DNA from: Candidatus Latescibacterota bacterium
GTDB lineage: Bacteria > Latescibacterota > UBA2968 > UBA8231
Assembly: GCA_964291625.2 (NCBI GenBank)
Contig: OZ220089.1
Coordinates: 2,336,001 to 2,400,000 of the forward strand
Reading direction: 5' to 3'
DNA length: 64,000 bases
Shown here: in pieces, positions 42,763 to 51,436 of the stretch
Numbering within the stretch: the first letter of the stretch is position 1
How the letters are laid out: every line of letters starts with the position of its first letter
Notes under the pieces: model-generated
Database searches by the model: none
What the model was told of the DNA's origin: nothing
What the model saw: the letters and a program-made list of their open reading frames with translations, nothing else
Translations under genes and position numbers: made by a program

Positions 42763-45700
42763 CGCCAGACGCCAGACGGCGCGGTCGCCCCCACCCTGCA
42801 CCGGGAAGCCCCTGGCCGGCGCGCGGGCGCGCCCCTGCAACTCCGCCATCCGCGGTCCGAGAGCGGCCATGGCGGCAGCGTTCAGCAGCAGTTGGTCGTG
42901 GGCGAAGCCGGCGCTGAAGAGGCGGTGGCTCTTGAACATCTCCGAGGAGCCGAGGAGCAGCATCCAGCCGTCCCGGGCCCCGTCGACGGGAACCACCTGC
43001 AGGCGGGTGCCGCCACCCTCGGTCTCCACCGCCTCCACCGCGGGAAAGCGGCCCTCCAGGGTCAGGGCGAGGCTCTGCCGGCCGGGCAGGTAGCCGCCGG
43101 TCTCGCGGAGATCCTCCTCCTTCAGGAAGCCGCCGTTCCAGTCGTAGGACCAGGCGCGGTCCGTGGTCGTGGCCAGGACCTGCGCCCGCAGGCCGGCCTC
43201 GCCCAGGGCGCTGGGGTCCAGGCGGAAACGGTTCCCCCAGATGAACAGCAGGTCGCCGAGCCGGCCCGTCACCGGCGAGGAGCTGGAGTGGTTGGCCCCG
43301 AGGGCGCGGATCAGAAAGGGCAGGGCCACGCGCTGCGGATCGTACTCGCGCACGGCGGTGCGGTTCACCTGCGTGGCCAGCTCCAGGTGGTGGCGGCTGC
43401 GGTCCATCAGCACCTCGCGCACCTGCTCGACGCCGAAGAGCTCCAGGTAGCGGTCGAAGTCCTGGAACTGTGGCTGCGGCCAGTGCACGGTGCCGAAGCC
43501 GGTGCCGCGGTACTGGCGCTGCTGGATGTTGAAGTGCTGCATGGCCACCACGGCGCGCCCGCCCCCGGCCAGGTGCCGGCTCAGCCAGGTCAGGACCGGC
43601 GTCGAGTCCCGCCGCGGCTGGAACCAGATCACGGCTCCCGGCCGCTCCGGGAAGACCGGCTCCCGCAGCGGCACGTGCCGCACCTCGTACCCGTACTGCC
43701 GCAGCAACTCCTTGGCGCGGGCGTAGACGTCCACCCCCTGGGGCGCGCTCAGGCCCTTCTTCTGGTAGTCCTCGTGGGCCTCGGCCGGCGACAGGCGCGG
43801 CAGGTCCGAGACCACCGTGACCACGGGGGCGCGGCCCTCGTCGAGCCGCTTCAGGGCCGCGGCGAGGAGGAAGTCCAGGTGGGTGCCGGTGTGCCGGTCG
43901 AGGCGGGGGATCGTCGTCGAACGGCTGTCCTGGCGCAGCACGAGCCCGCTGTGGATCTCGGTGGTCACGCTCGTGTCCCGCTGTACGCGCTCCACCTCGA
44001 AGGCGGGCACCCCGGCGGCGCGGCCCTCCACGGGATGGCGCACCTCCACCCCGACCCCGGCCCCGGAGAGGATCTCCCGGAGGCGGTCGGTCACGTCGCG
44101 CACCCCCGGGGGCAGCTGCGACCGCAGCGACAGCACCAGTTCGGCCTTCAGCCTCCCCACCCGGCTGCGCAGGTCCGAGACCACCGAGTCGTCCGGGGTG
44201 TGCACACCGGCGGCCGTCAGGTCCCAACTCAGGCCGGACAGGGGTCCGCGCAGCGCCAGGAAGACCACGGCCGCCGCTGCCACCGCCACTCCGGCCGCGA
44301 GGGCCGGCCCGCGAGCCCGGCGATGGCGGGACCCGCCGGGACGGATGGAGCCGCGCAAGCTCCGCACGGCCAGCCCCACCCATAGCAGGGGCACGAGCCC
44401 CGCCACCGCCAGACGCCAGCCCACGCGGGCCCCGCCCGACAACGGCGGCAGACCCGCCGGCAGTCCCCGGTCGACCCGCAGCCGCGCCAGCCGCTCCGGG
44501 TCGGCGAAGGTGCGCGCCAGGTCGCGGACGAAGACGGCGTGGCCGTACCCGGGTTGCTCGAGGATCTCGTCGCGGAAGAGGCTGGCCGAGGCCAGTACCA
44601 GCAGCTGCCCCGCCCACGGGTCTTCCGGGGTGAGCAGGACCATCAGGCTCTGCTTGGGCACCCGCAGGTCTTCGGTCAGGTCCTCCAGGCCGAACTCGCC
44701 CTCCGGCAGCGGGCGCACCCGGGCGTGCTCGGTGGTGGTGGCCGCCACGTGGGCCTGGTACCCGGCCGCCGCCACCCGGCGCGGGTCGACGCGCAGGGGG
44801 CTGGCGGCGGTGAAGCTCAGGCCGCCCCGGGCCGGGGTCCGGAAGGGGCGGAAGTCCCGGAAGGCGGGCAGGTTGCGCAGGTGGAAGGGCGCGTCCACCT
44901 CACGCTGCACCCCGCCAACGGAGACCGTGACCGGGCCCGAGTTGCGGTCCATCAACAGGTCGGCCACCGGCTCCAGGCCGAAGGGCTCCAGGAGCCGTTC
45001 CCAGGCGCTGCCCATCCCCTCGACGCGGAAGCGGACCTCGCCCTCCTCGCCGTCGGAGTAGCCGACGCGATAGGCGCTGCCCGCCAGGACGGCGGTGCGC
45101 CCAGAGGCGAGGAAGCGGCGCAACTCGGCGATGTGCTGCCGCGTCACCCGTCGCGGCTCCAGCCAGAACAGGACGTCCACGTCGCGGGGGATGAAGCCGC
45201 CGCCGTCGACGTCGATCTCGACGACGGGGCCGTGCTGGCTCAGGTAGCGGGGGAACTTCCCGTACCCCGGCGGCGCCGAGAGGGCGAAGGAGGCCTGCGG
45301 CGCCGACTCCCCCGCGGTCAGGCGCGCCGCCACCAGGCGGGCCAGGTACGGCAGGTGGGCGTTCTCGATCCCCTGTATGAGGACGTCCTCCCGCCGCGGC
45401 CTCCCCTCCCGGGAGAAGACCAGGGACGACCAGATCTCCGCCTGGCTCTCGGCGTCGTCGACGACCCGGCGCACGCGGATCGGACTCGCCCGGCGCGAGG
45501 CGGCGTAGCGGGCGCCCGCCGCCCCGGAGAGGCCGGGATCGATGACCCGGTAGCTGAAGCGCCCCCGGGCGGCGTCCTCCATCTCCTCGAGCAGGGCCCG
45601 GGCCGTCTCCTCCACGTCCCTGAGATGCGACGGCATGACGTCGCGCCCGCTGACGAAGAGGGTGGCCGCCAGCTCGCCGTCGAGGCCGCGCAGGAAGCGC

Positions 45701-45852
45701 CGCAACTCGGCGGGCACGGTGGCCGGATGGCGCCCCCCGAGATCGATGCGGACCGCCGACCCGGCGGCGCCCAGCAGCCGGCCGGCGTAGACCGTGACCC
45801 CCAGGAGGAGGACGGCACCGATCAGGGCCTGGAGCAGGAAGGTCCGCTTCAA
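42679..45852 (-). CDS. GldG-like ABC auxiliary protein with two tandem GldG modules
   Basis: Two units, each with a TM, DL(T/G) segment, L..G(R/G)..V/L, (LM)DR and GSS/ASA-xxF-x motif, and a closing TM. Confidence 0.8.
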   Translation of the reverse strand: MKRTFLLQALIGAVLLLGVTVYAGRLLGAAGSAVRIDLGGRHPATVPAELRRFLRGLDGELAATLFVSGRDVMPSHLRDVEETARALLEEMEDAARGRFSYRVIDPGLSGAAGARYAASRRASPIRVRRVVDDAESQAEIWSSLVFSREGRPRREDVLIQGIENAHLPYLARLVAARLTAGESAPQASFALSAPPGYGKFPRYLSQHGPVVEIDVDGGGFIPRDVDVLFWLEPRRVTRQHIAELRRFLASGRTAVLAGSAYRVGYSDGEEGEVRFRVEGMGSAWERLLEPFGLEPVADLLMDRNSGPVTVSVGGVQREVDAPFHLRNLPAFRDFRPFRTPARGGLSFTAASPLRVDPRRVAAAGYQAHVAATTTEHARVRPLPEGEFGLEDLTEDLRVPKQSLMVLLTPEDPWAGQLLVLASASLFRDEILEQPGYGHAVFVRDLARTFADPERLARLRVDRGLPAGLPPLSGGARVGWRLAVAGLVPLLWVGLAVRSLRGSIRPGGSRHRRARGPALAAGVAVAAAAVVFLALRGPLSGLSWDLTAAGVHTPDDSVVSDLRSRVGRLKAELVLSLRSQLPPGVRDVTDRLREILSGAGVGVEVRHPVEGRAAGVPAFEVERVQRDTSVTTEIHSGLVLRQDSRSTTIPRLDRHTGTHLDFLLAAALKRLDEGRAPVVTVVSDLPRLSPAEAHEDYQKKGLSAPQGVDVYARAKELLRQYGYEVRHVPLREPVFPERPGAVIWFQPRRDSTPVLTWLSRHLAGGGRAVVAMQHFNIQQRQYRGTGFGTVHWPQPQFQDFDRYLELFGVEQVREVLMDRSRHHLELATQVNRTAVREYDPQRVALPFLIRALGANHSSSSPVTGRLGDLLFIWGNRFRLDPSALGEAGLRAQVLATTTDRAWSYDWNGGFLKEEDLRETGGYLPGRQSLALTLEGRFPAVEAVETEGGGTRLQVVPVDGARDGWMLLLGSSEMFKSHRLFSAGFAHDQLLLNAAAMAALGPRMAELQGRARAPARGFPVQGGGDRAVWRLAVIGGAPLALALVGLWRWRRSLHRGRRP

Positions 45853-45862
45853 CGCGACTCTC

Positions 45863-46645
45863 TCAGTACTTGAGGCGCTGCAGGCCGATCCGCGTCATCC
45901 ACAGGAAGAAGGCGCACAGGAGGGCGAAGTAGAGGAGGTGGTCGAGGCCGACCAGACCGCCGGTGAAGGCCTGGTAGTGGGGCAGGCAGGAGACGGACTC
46001 GGCCAGCCAGGTCCCCGGCTGCCAGGCCGGGGCCAGGCCGTCGAGGATCTCCACCACCCGGGGATGGCCGCTGAAGACGAGGAGGAAGGCGACCATGGCG
46101 GCCAGCACGAAGGCGACGATCTGGTTGTGGGTCAGGCTGGAGAGGAACTGGCCCGAGGCGAGGAAGAGGGCGCCGAGGAGCAGGGCCCCCAGGTAGCCGG
46201 ACAGGATCAGGCCCAGGTCGGGCTCTCCCAGCCACGCCAGCATGGCCACGATCGGCAGCGACCCGGCGATGACGACGACGAAGTAGAGGAGGGCCGCCGC
46301 GTACTTGCCGGCCACCACCTGCAGGGGCTCCAGGGGCAGGGTCAGCAGCAGCTCCACCGTCCCCTGGGCGTGCTCCTCCGACCAGGAGCGCATGGTGATG
46401 GCGGGCACGAAGGGGATCAGCAGGAAGGGCAGGACCTCGAACCAGGGGGACATGTCGACGACGCCCTCGAGAAAGAAGGCGTTCATGAAGGTGGTCCCCG
46501 AGAGCACGAGGAAGACGCCCGCATAGATGTAGGCGATGGGAGAATCGAAGATGGCGCGCAGCTCGCGGCCGGCCACCAGACCCGCGCCGGCGCCAAACTC
46601 GCGGAGGGCGCCGAGCCGCCCGCCGGTCTTAGCGTCCGATGCCAT
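45863..46645 (-). CDS. ABC-2 permease (GldF-like)
   Basis: RELRAIFDSPIAY, PAITMRSWSEE..GTVELLLTLP, SSLTHNQIVAF. Confidence 0.92.
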   Translation of the reverse strand: MASDAKTGGRLGALREFGAGAGLVAGRELRAIFDSPIAYIYAGVFLVLSGTTFMNAFFLEGVVDMSPWFEVLPFLLIPFVPAITMRSWSEEHAQGTVELLLTLPLEPLQVVAGKYAAALLYFVVVIAGSLPIVAMLAWLGEPDLGLILSGYLGALLLGALFLASGQFLSSLTHNQIVAFVLAAMVAFLLVFSGHPRVVEILDGLAPAWQPGTWLAESVSCLPHYQAFTGGLVGLDHLLYFALLCAFFLWMTRIGLQRLKY

Positions 46646-47387
46646 GATCGTCGCCGGAGGTGGAGACGAGGTGGGCGAAGAGGGTCTCCAGGTCCGCCCC
46701 GGGAATGCCGGCGGCCTCGGCCTGCGCCGCCAGGGGGCCGTCGCCGAGAAGGCGGCCCTGGTGGATGATGAGGACGCGGTCGCTCACGGCCTCCACGTCG
46801 GGGATGATGTGGGTGGAGAACAGGATGGCCCGGTCCTCCTTGAGGCCGGCAAGCTGTTGGCGGAAGGCGATCACCTGCAGCGGGTCGAAGCCGTGGGTCG
46901 GCTCGTCGAGGAGCAGCACCGGCGGGTCGTGGACCAGGGCGATGGACAGGCCCACGCGCTGGCGGAACCCGGTCGAGCACTGGCGCACCCTCAGGCTCCG
47001 GACCGGCTCGATGCCGCAGAGGTCGACGGTGCGCTCCACCGCCTCCTCGAGGCGGTCCCCGCGCAGGCCGTGGGCGCGCGCCGCGAAGCGCAGCAGGTCC
47101 TCGACCACCATGTCGCCGTAGAGGGGCGTGTCCCCCGGCAGGTAGCCGATGCGCCGGCGCACCTCCAGGGGGTCCTCGGCCGCGTCGTACCCGTCGACGG
47201 AGATGCTGCCCGAGGTGGGGAGCAGGTAGGTGGCCAGCATCTTCAGCATCGTCGACTTGCCGGCGCCGTTGGGCCCCACGAAGCCGACGACCTCCCCCCG
47301 CTCGACGCGGAAGGAGACGCCGTCCACGGCGGTGATGGCGCCGGCACCCGACCCGAAGACGCGGGTGACCGCTTCCACCGCGATCAC
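46629..47387 (-). CDS. ABC ATP-binding protein (GldA-like)
   Basis: GPNGAGKST, CSTGFRQRVG, LLLDEPT, STH. Confidence 0.93.
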   Translation of the reverse strand: MIAVEAVTRVFGSGAGAITAVDGVSFRVERGEVVGFVGPNGAGKSTMLKMLATYLLPTSGSISVDGYDAAEDPLEVRRRIGYLPGDTPLYGDMVVEDLLRFAARAHGLRGDRLEEAVERTVDLCGIEPVRSLRVRQCSTGFRQRVGLSIALVHDPPVLLLDEPTHGFDPLQVIAFRQQLAGLKEDRAILFSTHIIPDVEAVSDRVLIIHQGRLLGDGPLAAQAEAAGIPGADLETLFAHLVSTSGDDHGIGR

Positions 47388-49141
47388 GCCGGGACCTCCT
47401 CCGGGTGGCGCACCCGCAAGGTGCGCAGCCGGTTGAGGGCGGCGGCCAGCTCGAAGCGGCGGAAGCCGGCCAGGTCCCCCGAGGGCCGGGAGGAGAGGGC
47501 GTCGAGCCCCCCGGCGTCCACGTCGGCCATGAGCCGGTCGAGGATCTCGGCGAGGCTGCGCCGGCCATCGATGTAGCGTTCCCGCGCCCGAAGGATCGCC
47601 TCGGCGATGGCCCGCGTCTGGCCGGCGTCGACCAGCTGCCCCACGGCGGACAGGTCGATGCTCTCCTCCCCGAAGCGCAGCTCGAAGGGCCCCATCGCCT
47701 TCCAGCTCACCTCCCGGCGCCCGCGCCTCGGGTCGATGCTTTCGGGCAGGGGCACGCGCGAGGCGGCCCCCGCCACGGGTCCGTCGGTCTCGCGGGTGCG
47801 GTCCCCCCGGTGGGCGCCGGCGATGGCGTGGGCCCGGCCGGTCACGTCGACGGGTTCGTAGCGCTCCATGGCGATCACCGTGTCGGCCTCGCCGAAGTAG
47901 TCGCCGCTGCCGCCCATGACCAGGATCGTGGAGACGCCGGCCTCCTCGTGGAGCTGGCGCACCCGGTCGATGAAAGGCCGCACCGGCTCCTGCTCCCGGG
48001 CCACGAGCTGCTGCATGCGTCCGTCGCGGATCATGAAGTTGGTCGCCGCCGTGTCCTCGTCGATCAGCAGGCACCGGGTGCCGGCTTCCAGGGCCTCGAC
48101 GATCGCCGCCGCCTGCGACGTCGATCCCGAGGCGTGGCCGGTGCAGAAGAAGGCGTTGTCGTGGTTGAAGGGAAGGTCGCCGATGAAGGGGCTCAGGTCG
48201 ACGCCGGCGGTGCTGCGGCCGTCCTCGGCGCGCACGGCCACCGCCGTCGGGTCGGTGACCACCCGCTCGCGCCCGTCCCCGGGCCGGTGGTCGTAGACGC
48301 CGCGGGCCAGGGCCGACAGCAGCGTCGACTTGCCGTGGAACCCGCCCCCCACGATCAGGGTCACGCCCTCCGGCACGGCCATGCCCGTCACCGGACCCGC
48401 GTTCGGCGTCTCCAGCTCCACCCGCAGCGACGGGGGGGAGCTGAAGGGGACGGCGCCGCTCAGCGGGCGGTCGTCGACCCCGGACCGGCGGGGCAGCACC
48501 GCCCCGTCGGCGACGAAGGCGGCCCAGCCGCCCCCGGCCAGGGCCTGGCGCAGGGCGGCGGCGTCCTCGGCGGTGCGGGTCCACGCGTCGATCTCGTCCC
48601 CGTCGCAGCTCTCGCAGCGCAGGGCGGCGGCGACGATCCCGGGCAGGCGGCGGCACAGCAGGTCGGCGGCGGCCCGTCCCAACACCCGGCGGCCGGCCGC
48701 GGGCAACCCGACGACGAAGCGGGCCTCCACCCGGCCCTCGTCGTCGACGAGGACGCAGGTCCGCTCCAGCACCTGCTGTCCCGGGCGGTCGATGGCGATC
48801 AGGCCGGAGGTGGCCCGATCCGGCGCCCCGGCGCCCGAATCACCGGCCTCGTCGGAGAACCGTAGCGCCAGGTAGTTGCACAGGGCGCGCCGCCTCGGTC
48901 CGGGTGCGAAGGTGTGGCCGGGGAAACCGGCCACGTCTGGATCGATCTGGACGCGCATCCGGCTCGGGGCCGCGAAGGGATCGGCCTGCACGTGATCGAC
49001 GAGCAAGCGGAAGGGGGTCCCCGCCCGGTCGAGGGTCCAGGCGCCGCGCAGGTCGCGGTAGGCCCGGTAGCCGGAACCGTCGATCCGCTCCAGCAGGGCC
49101 CCCAGCCGTCCGGCGTCACGCGTATCACAACTCTCAGACAC
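47384..49141 (-). CDS. ABC-class ATPase domain protein (PF09818-like)
   Basis: HVQADPFAAPS, GGGFHGKSTLL, RAEDGR, ASGSTSQAA, DEDTAATNFMIRD, NRLR. Confidence 0.9.
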   Translation of the reverse strand: MSESCDTRDAGRLGALLERIDGSGYRAYRDLRGAWTLDRAGTPFRLLVDHVQADPFAAPSRMRVQIDPDVAGFPGHTFAPGPRRRALCNYLALRFSDEAGDSGAGAPDRATSGLIAIDRPGQQVLERTCVLVDDEGRVEARFVVGLPAAGRRVLGRAAADLLCRRLPGIVAAALRCESCDGDEIDAWTRTAEDAAALRQALAGGGWAAFVADGAVLPRRSGVDDRPLSGAVPFSSPPSLRVELETPNAGPVTGMAVPEGVTLIVGGGFHGKSTLLSALARGVYDHRPGDGRERVVTDPTAVAVRAEDGRSTAGVDLSPFIGDLPFNHDNAFFCTGHASGSTSQAAAIVEALEAGTRCLLIDEDTAATNFMIRDGRMQQLVAREQEPVRPFIDRVRQLHEEAGVSTILVMGGSGDYFGEADTVIAMERYEPVDVTGRAHAIAGAHRGDRTRETDGPVAGAASRVPLPESIDPRRGRREVSWKAMGPFELRFGEESIDLSAVGQLVDAGQTRAIAEAILRARERYIDGRRSLAEILDRLMADVDAGGLDALSSRPSGDLAGFRRFELAAALNRLRTLRVRHPEEVPA

Positions 49142-49156
49142 GGCTATATTCTACCC
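49142..49156. promoter_or_regulatory. Bidirectional leaderless promoter
   Basis: Plus strand TATATT-N6-ATG(49157); minus strand TAGAAT-N6-GTG(49141). Confidence 0.6.
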
Positions 49157-49816
49157 ATGGCCAGCGACGAAGGCAGGGACGGCGACAAGCTCAGCGGACT
49201 GCAGTGGCTGTCGCGGGAGCGCCCCGAGGCGATGGGACACCTCCTCGCCTTCTTCCGCGAGTCGGGGCGCCACCTCGACCCCAAGACCCGCTTCCTGATC
49301 TCCATCGTCACCAAGGTCGTGCGCCTGTCGCCGCGCGGCCTGCGCCAGTACATCCCGCGCGCCATTCGCGAGGGGGCCACCCGCGACGAGGTCCTCGACG
49401 CCATCCTCTGCGCCTACCCCGCGGCGGGGCTGACCAACGTGATCGAGGCGGTGCAGGTGCTGCGCTCCCTCGACCTGCCGGCCCCCGCGGAGGACGCCGA
49501 GCCGGAGGGAGACCCCGAGTGGACCACGGTGGCCCGGGCCGGCGACCTGCCTCCGGGGCGCGCCGCCGTGGTCGAGGCCCGGGGCCGCTCCCTGGCCCTG
49601 TTCAACGTGGACGGCACCTTCCACGCCACCTCCAACACCTGCCTCCACGAGGGGAGCGAGCTGGGCTGCGGCTCCCTGGACGGCAGCGTCGTCACCTGCT
49701 ACCGCCACGGCTGGACCTTCGACGTCACCACCGGCGCCTGCCTCACCCGACCCGGGCGCAGCGTGGCCAGCTACCCGGTGCGCGTCGAGGACGGCGAGGT
49801 GCGGGTCCTGGCCTGA
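49157..49816 (+). CDS. CMD/AhpD-like domain fused to a Rieske [2Fe-2S] ferredoxin
   Basis: LDPKTRFLISI...AIREGATRDEVLDAI; Rieske CLH and CYRHGWTFD motifs. Confidence 0.87.
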   Translation: MASDEGRDGDKLSGLQWLSRERPEAMGHLLAFFRESGRHLDPKTRFLISIVTKVVRLSPRGLRQYIPRAIREGATRDEVLDAILCAYPAAGLTNVIEAVQVLRSLDLPAPAEDAEPEGDPEWTTVARAGDLPPGRAAVVEARGRSLALFNVDGTFHATSNTCLHEGSELGCGSLDGSVVTCYRHGWTFDVTTGACLTRPGRSVASYPVRVEDGEVRVLA

Positions 49817-49834
49817 GGGTCCCCGGCGGAGCAC

Positions 49835-50005
49835 TCGCGCCGGCCCCGCCCTTCGAGTCGCCGCGGCACAGCCGGGCTCGATTCGGCCCCCAACACTCCG
49901 GCCGAGCCCGCCCGGACCCACCCGGGATCGATTCGGCCCGGCCTGCAACCCCGCCGCGCCGAGCCCGCCGTCACTCCGCGAAACAACCAGGATCGATCCG
50001 CCCCG
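49835..50005 (-). repeat. Degenerate copies of the NUDIX gene 3' end
   Basis: CC(G/A)GG(A/C)TCGAT(T/C)CG core with TCG at 49878, 49928 and in-gene 49993. Confidence 0.55.
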
Positions 50006-50633
50006 TGCGCGCCCAGCCCCGGATGGAGGCGAGGCTGCGCCGGAAGGTGTCGAGGATCTCGTCCGGATAGCCGGTCACCGCCGCCCTCGGCAACTCCTGC
50101 TCGATGACCTCCTCCTCCTCGCCGGCGAAGCGAACCCGGCCCCGCAGGCTCGCCCGCCGCCCGAGGACCAGCTCCGAGAACTCCTCCAGGTCGACCTCGG
50201 CCAGCCCGTCCACCTCGTCGCTGAACCGCAGCCGCTCCAGGTCGAGGGGAACCGGATACAGCAGTAGATGCTGCAGGATGCTGCGGCAGTCGCCCATGGG
50301 CCGCTCCTTGCGGCTCGACCCCAGGTAGAGCAGGTCCGCCGGGGCCGCCGCCAGACCCACCTCCTCCAGCAGCTCCCTCCGCCCGGCGTCCACGGGGGTC
50401 TCGCCGGCGAGGATGTGACCTCCCGCCAGGGCGTCGACCTGGCCGGCGTAGGGGTCCCCCGGGCGCCCGCGGCGTTGCAGGACCATCACCGGCCGCTCCC
50501 CGCGGACGAAGGCGGACCACACGAAGACGAGTCCGTGCAGGTCGTGGTCCCGGTGCACGAGGTGGCGCGGTTTCCGGCCTACGACGCGGCCGTCCTCGGC
50601 GAGCACGTCGAGCAGCTCGGGGGCGGTGCTCAA
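49971..50633 (-). CDS. NUDIX hydrolase (IDI-like)
   Basis: GGHILAGETPVDAGRRELLEEVG Nudix box; TTG overlaps the rhomboid stop. Confidence 0.88.
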   Translation of the reverse strand: MSTAPELLDVLAEDGRVVGRKPRHLVHRDHDLHGLVFVWSAFVRGERPVMVLQRRGRPGDPYAGQVDALAGGHILAGETPVDAGRRELLEEVGLAAAPADLLYLGSSRKERPMGDCRSILQHLLLYPVPLDLERLRFSDEVDGLAEVDLEEFSELVLGRRASLRGRVRFAGEEEEVIEQELPRAAVTGYPDEILDTFRRSLASIRGWARTGRIDPGCFAE

Positions 50634-51436
50634 GAGCTGATGGCGGCGAAGAACTGGAAGAGGAAGGCGAGGACCGTGGCCACGGCGCAGAGGCCGGCCA
50701 GGAGGTAGGTGCCGATGCCCTCGCGCTCGTCCGGCGAGCGGCTGAACATCCAGGCCGCGGCATAGCCGCCGACGAAGCCGCCGCCGTGGGCCCAGTTGTC
50801 GATGTTCGGCATGAGGAGGCCGAAGATGAAGAGCAGCACCGCCCACTGCAGGTACTGGCGGGTGAACAGGTCGGCGCCCCGCCGGCGGCCGTAGGCGATG
50901 GCGGCGGCCAGGAGGCCGAAGATCGACCCCGAGGCTCCCAGGGTGGCGGCGCTGCCCATGGCCACCGAGGCGATGAAGCCGACCGTCCCGGAGATGGTGA
51001 AGATGGCGAACAGCCGCCACGGGCCGAAGAGCTCGCCCACCAGGGGACCGAGCTGCCGCACCCACATGAGGTTGAAGAAGATGTGGAGCAGGCTGCCGTG
51101 GAGGTAGATGGCGGTGATCACCGTCCACCAGCGGCCGAGGTAGAGCACCGGGTACGCGCCCGTCATGCCCGCCTCCAGGGAGGCCCTCGACGACGGCGCC
51201 AGGATGCTCATCAGGCCCCGCGGCTGCAGGACGGCGCCAGGGTCCAGGGCCAGGCACAGCAGGTAGAGGCCGGCGCAGACCACCGTGATCACATGGGGGA
51301 AGTCGAGGCTCAGGCCGAGCTGCCGCATGCGGCTGGCGAGGCCGAACATGCCGGGGCGGATCTGGCCGCAGTACGGACACCGCGGCTCGTCGGCGCTGAT
51401 CAGCTTGTGGCAGCGGGGGCAGAGGATGGCGGCCAT
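50630..51436 (-). CDS. Rhomboid intramembrane protease with N-terminal zinc ribbon
   Basis: CPRC...CPYC; HGSLLHIFFN, GASG, AHGGG. Confidence 0.93.
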   Translation of the reverse strand: MAAILCPRCHKLISADEPRCPYCGQIRPGMFGLASRMRQLGLSLDFPHVITVVCAGLYLLCLALDPGAVLQPRGLMSILAPSSRASLEAGMTGAYPVLYLGRWWTVITAIYLHGSLLHIFFNLMWVRQLGPLVGELFGPWRLFAIFTISGTVGFIASVAMGSAATLGASGSIFGLLAAAIAYGRRRGADLFTRQYLQWAVLLFIFGLLMPNIDNWAHGGGFVGGYAAAWMFSRSPDEREGIGTYLLAGLCAVATVLAFLFQFFAAISS

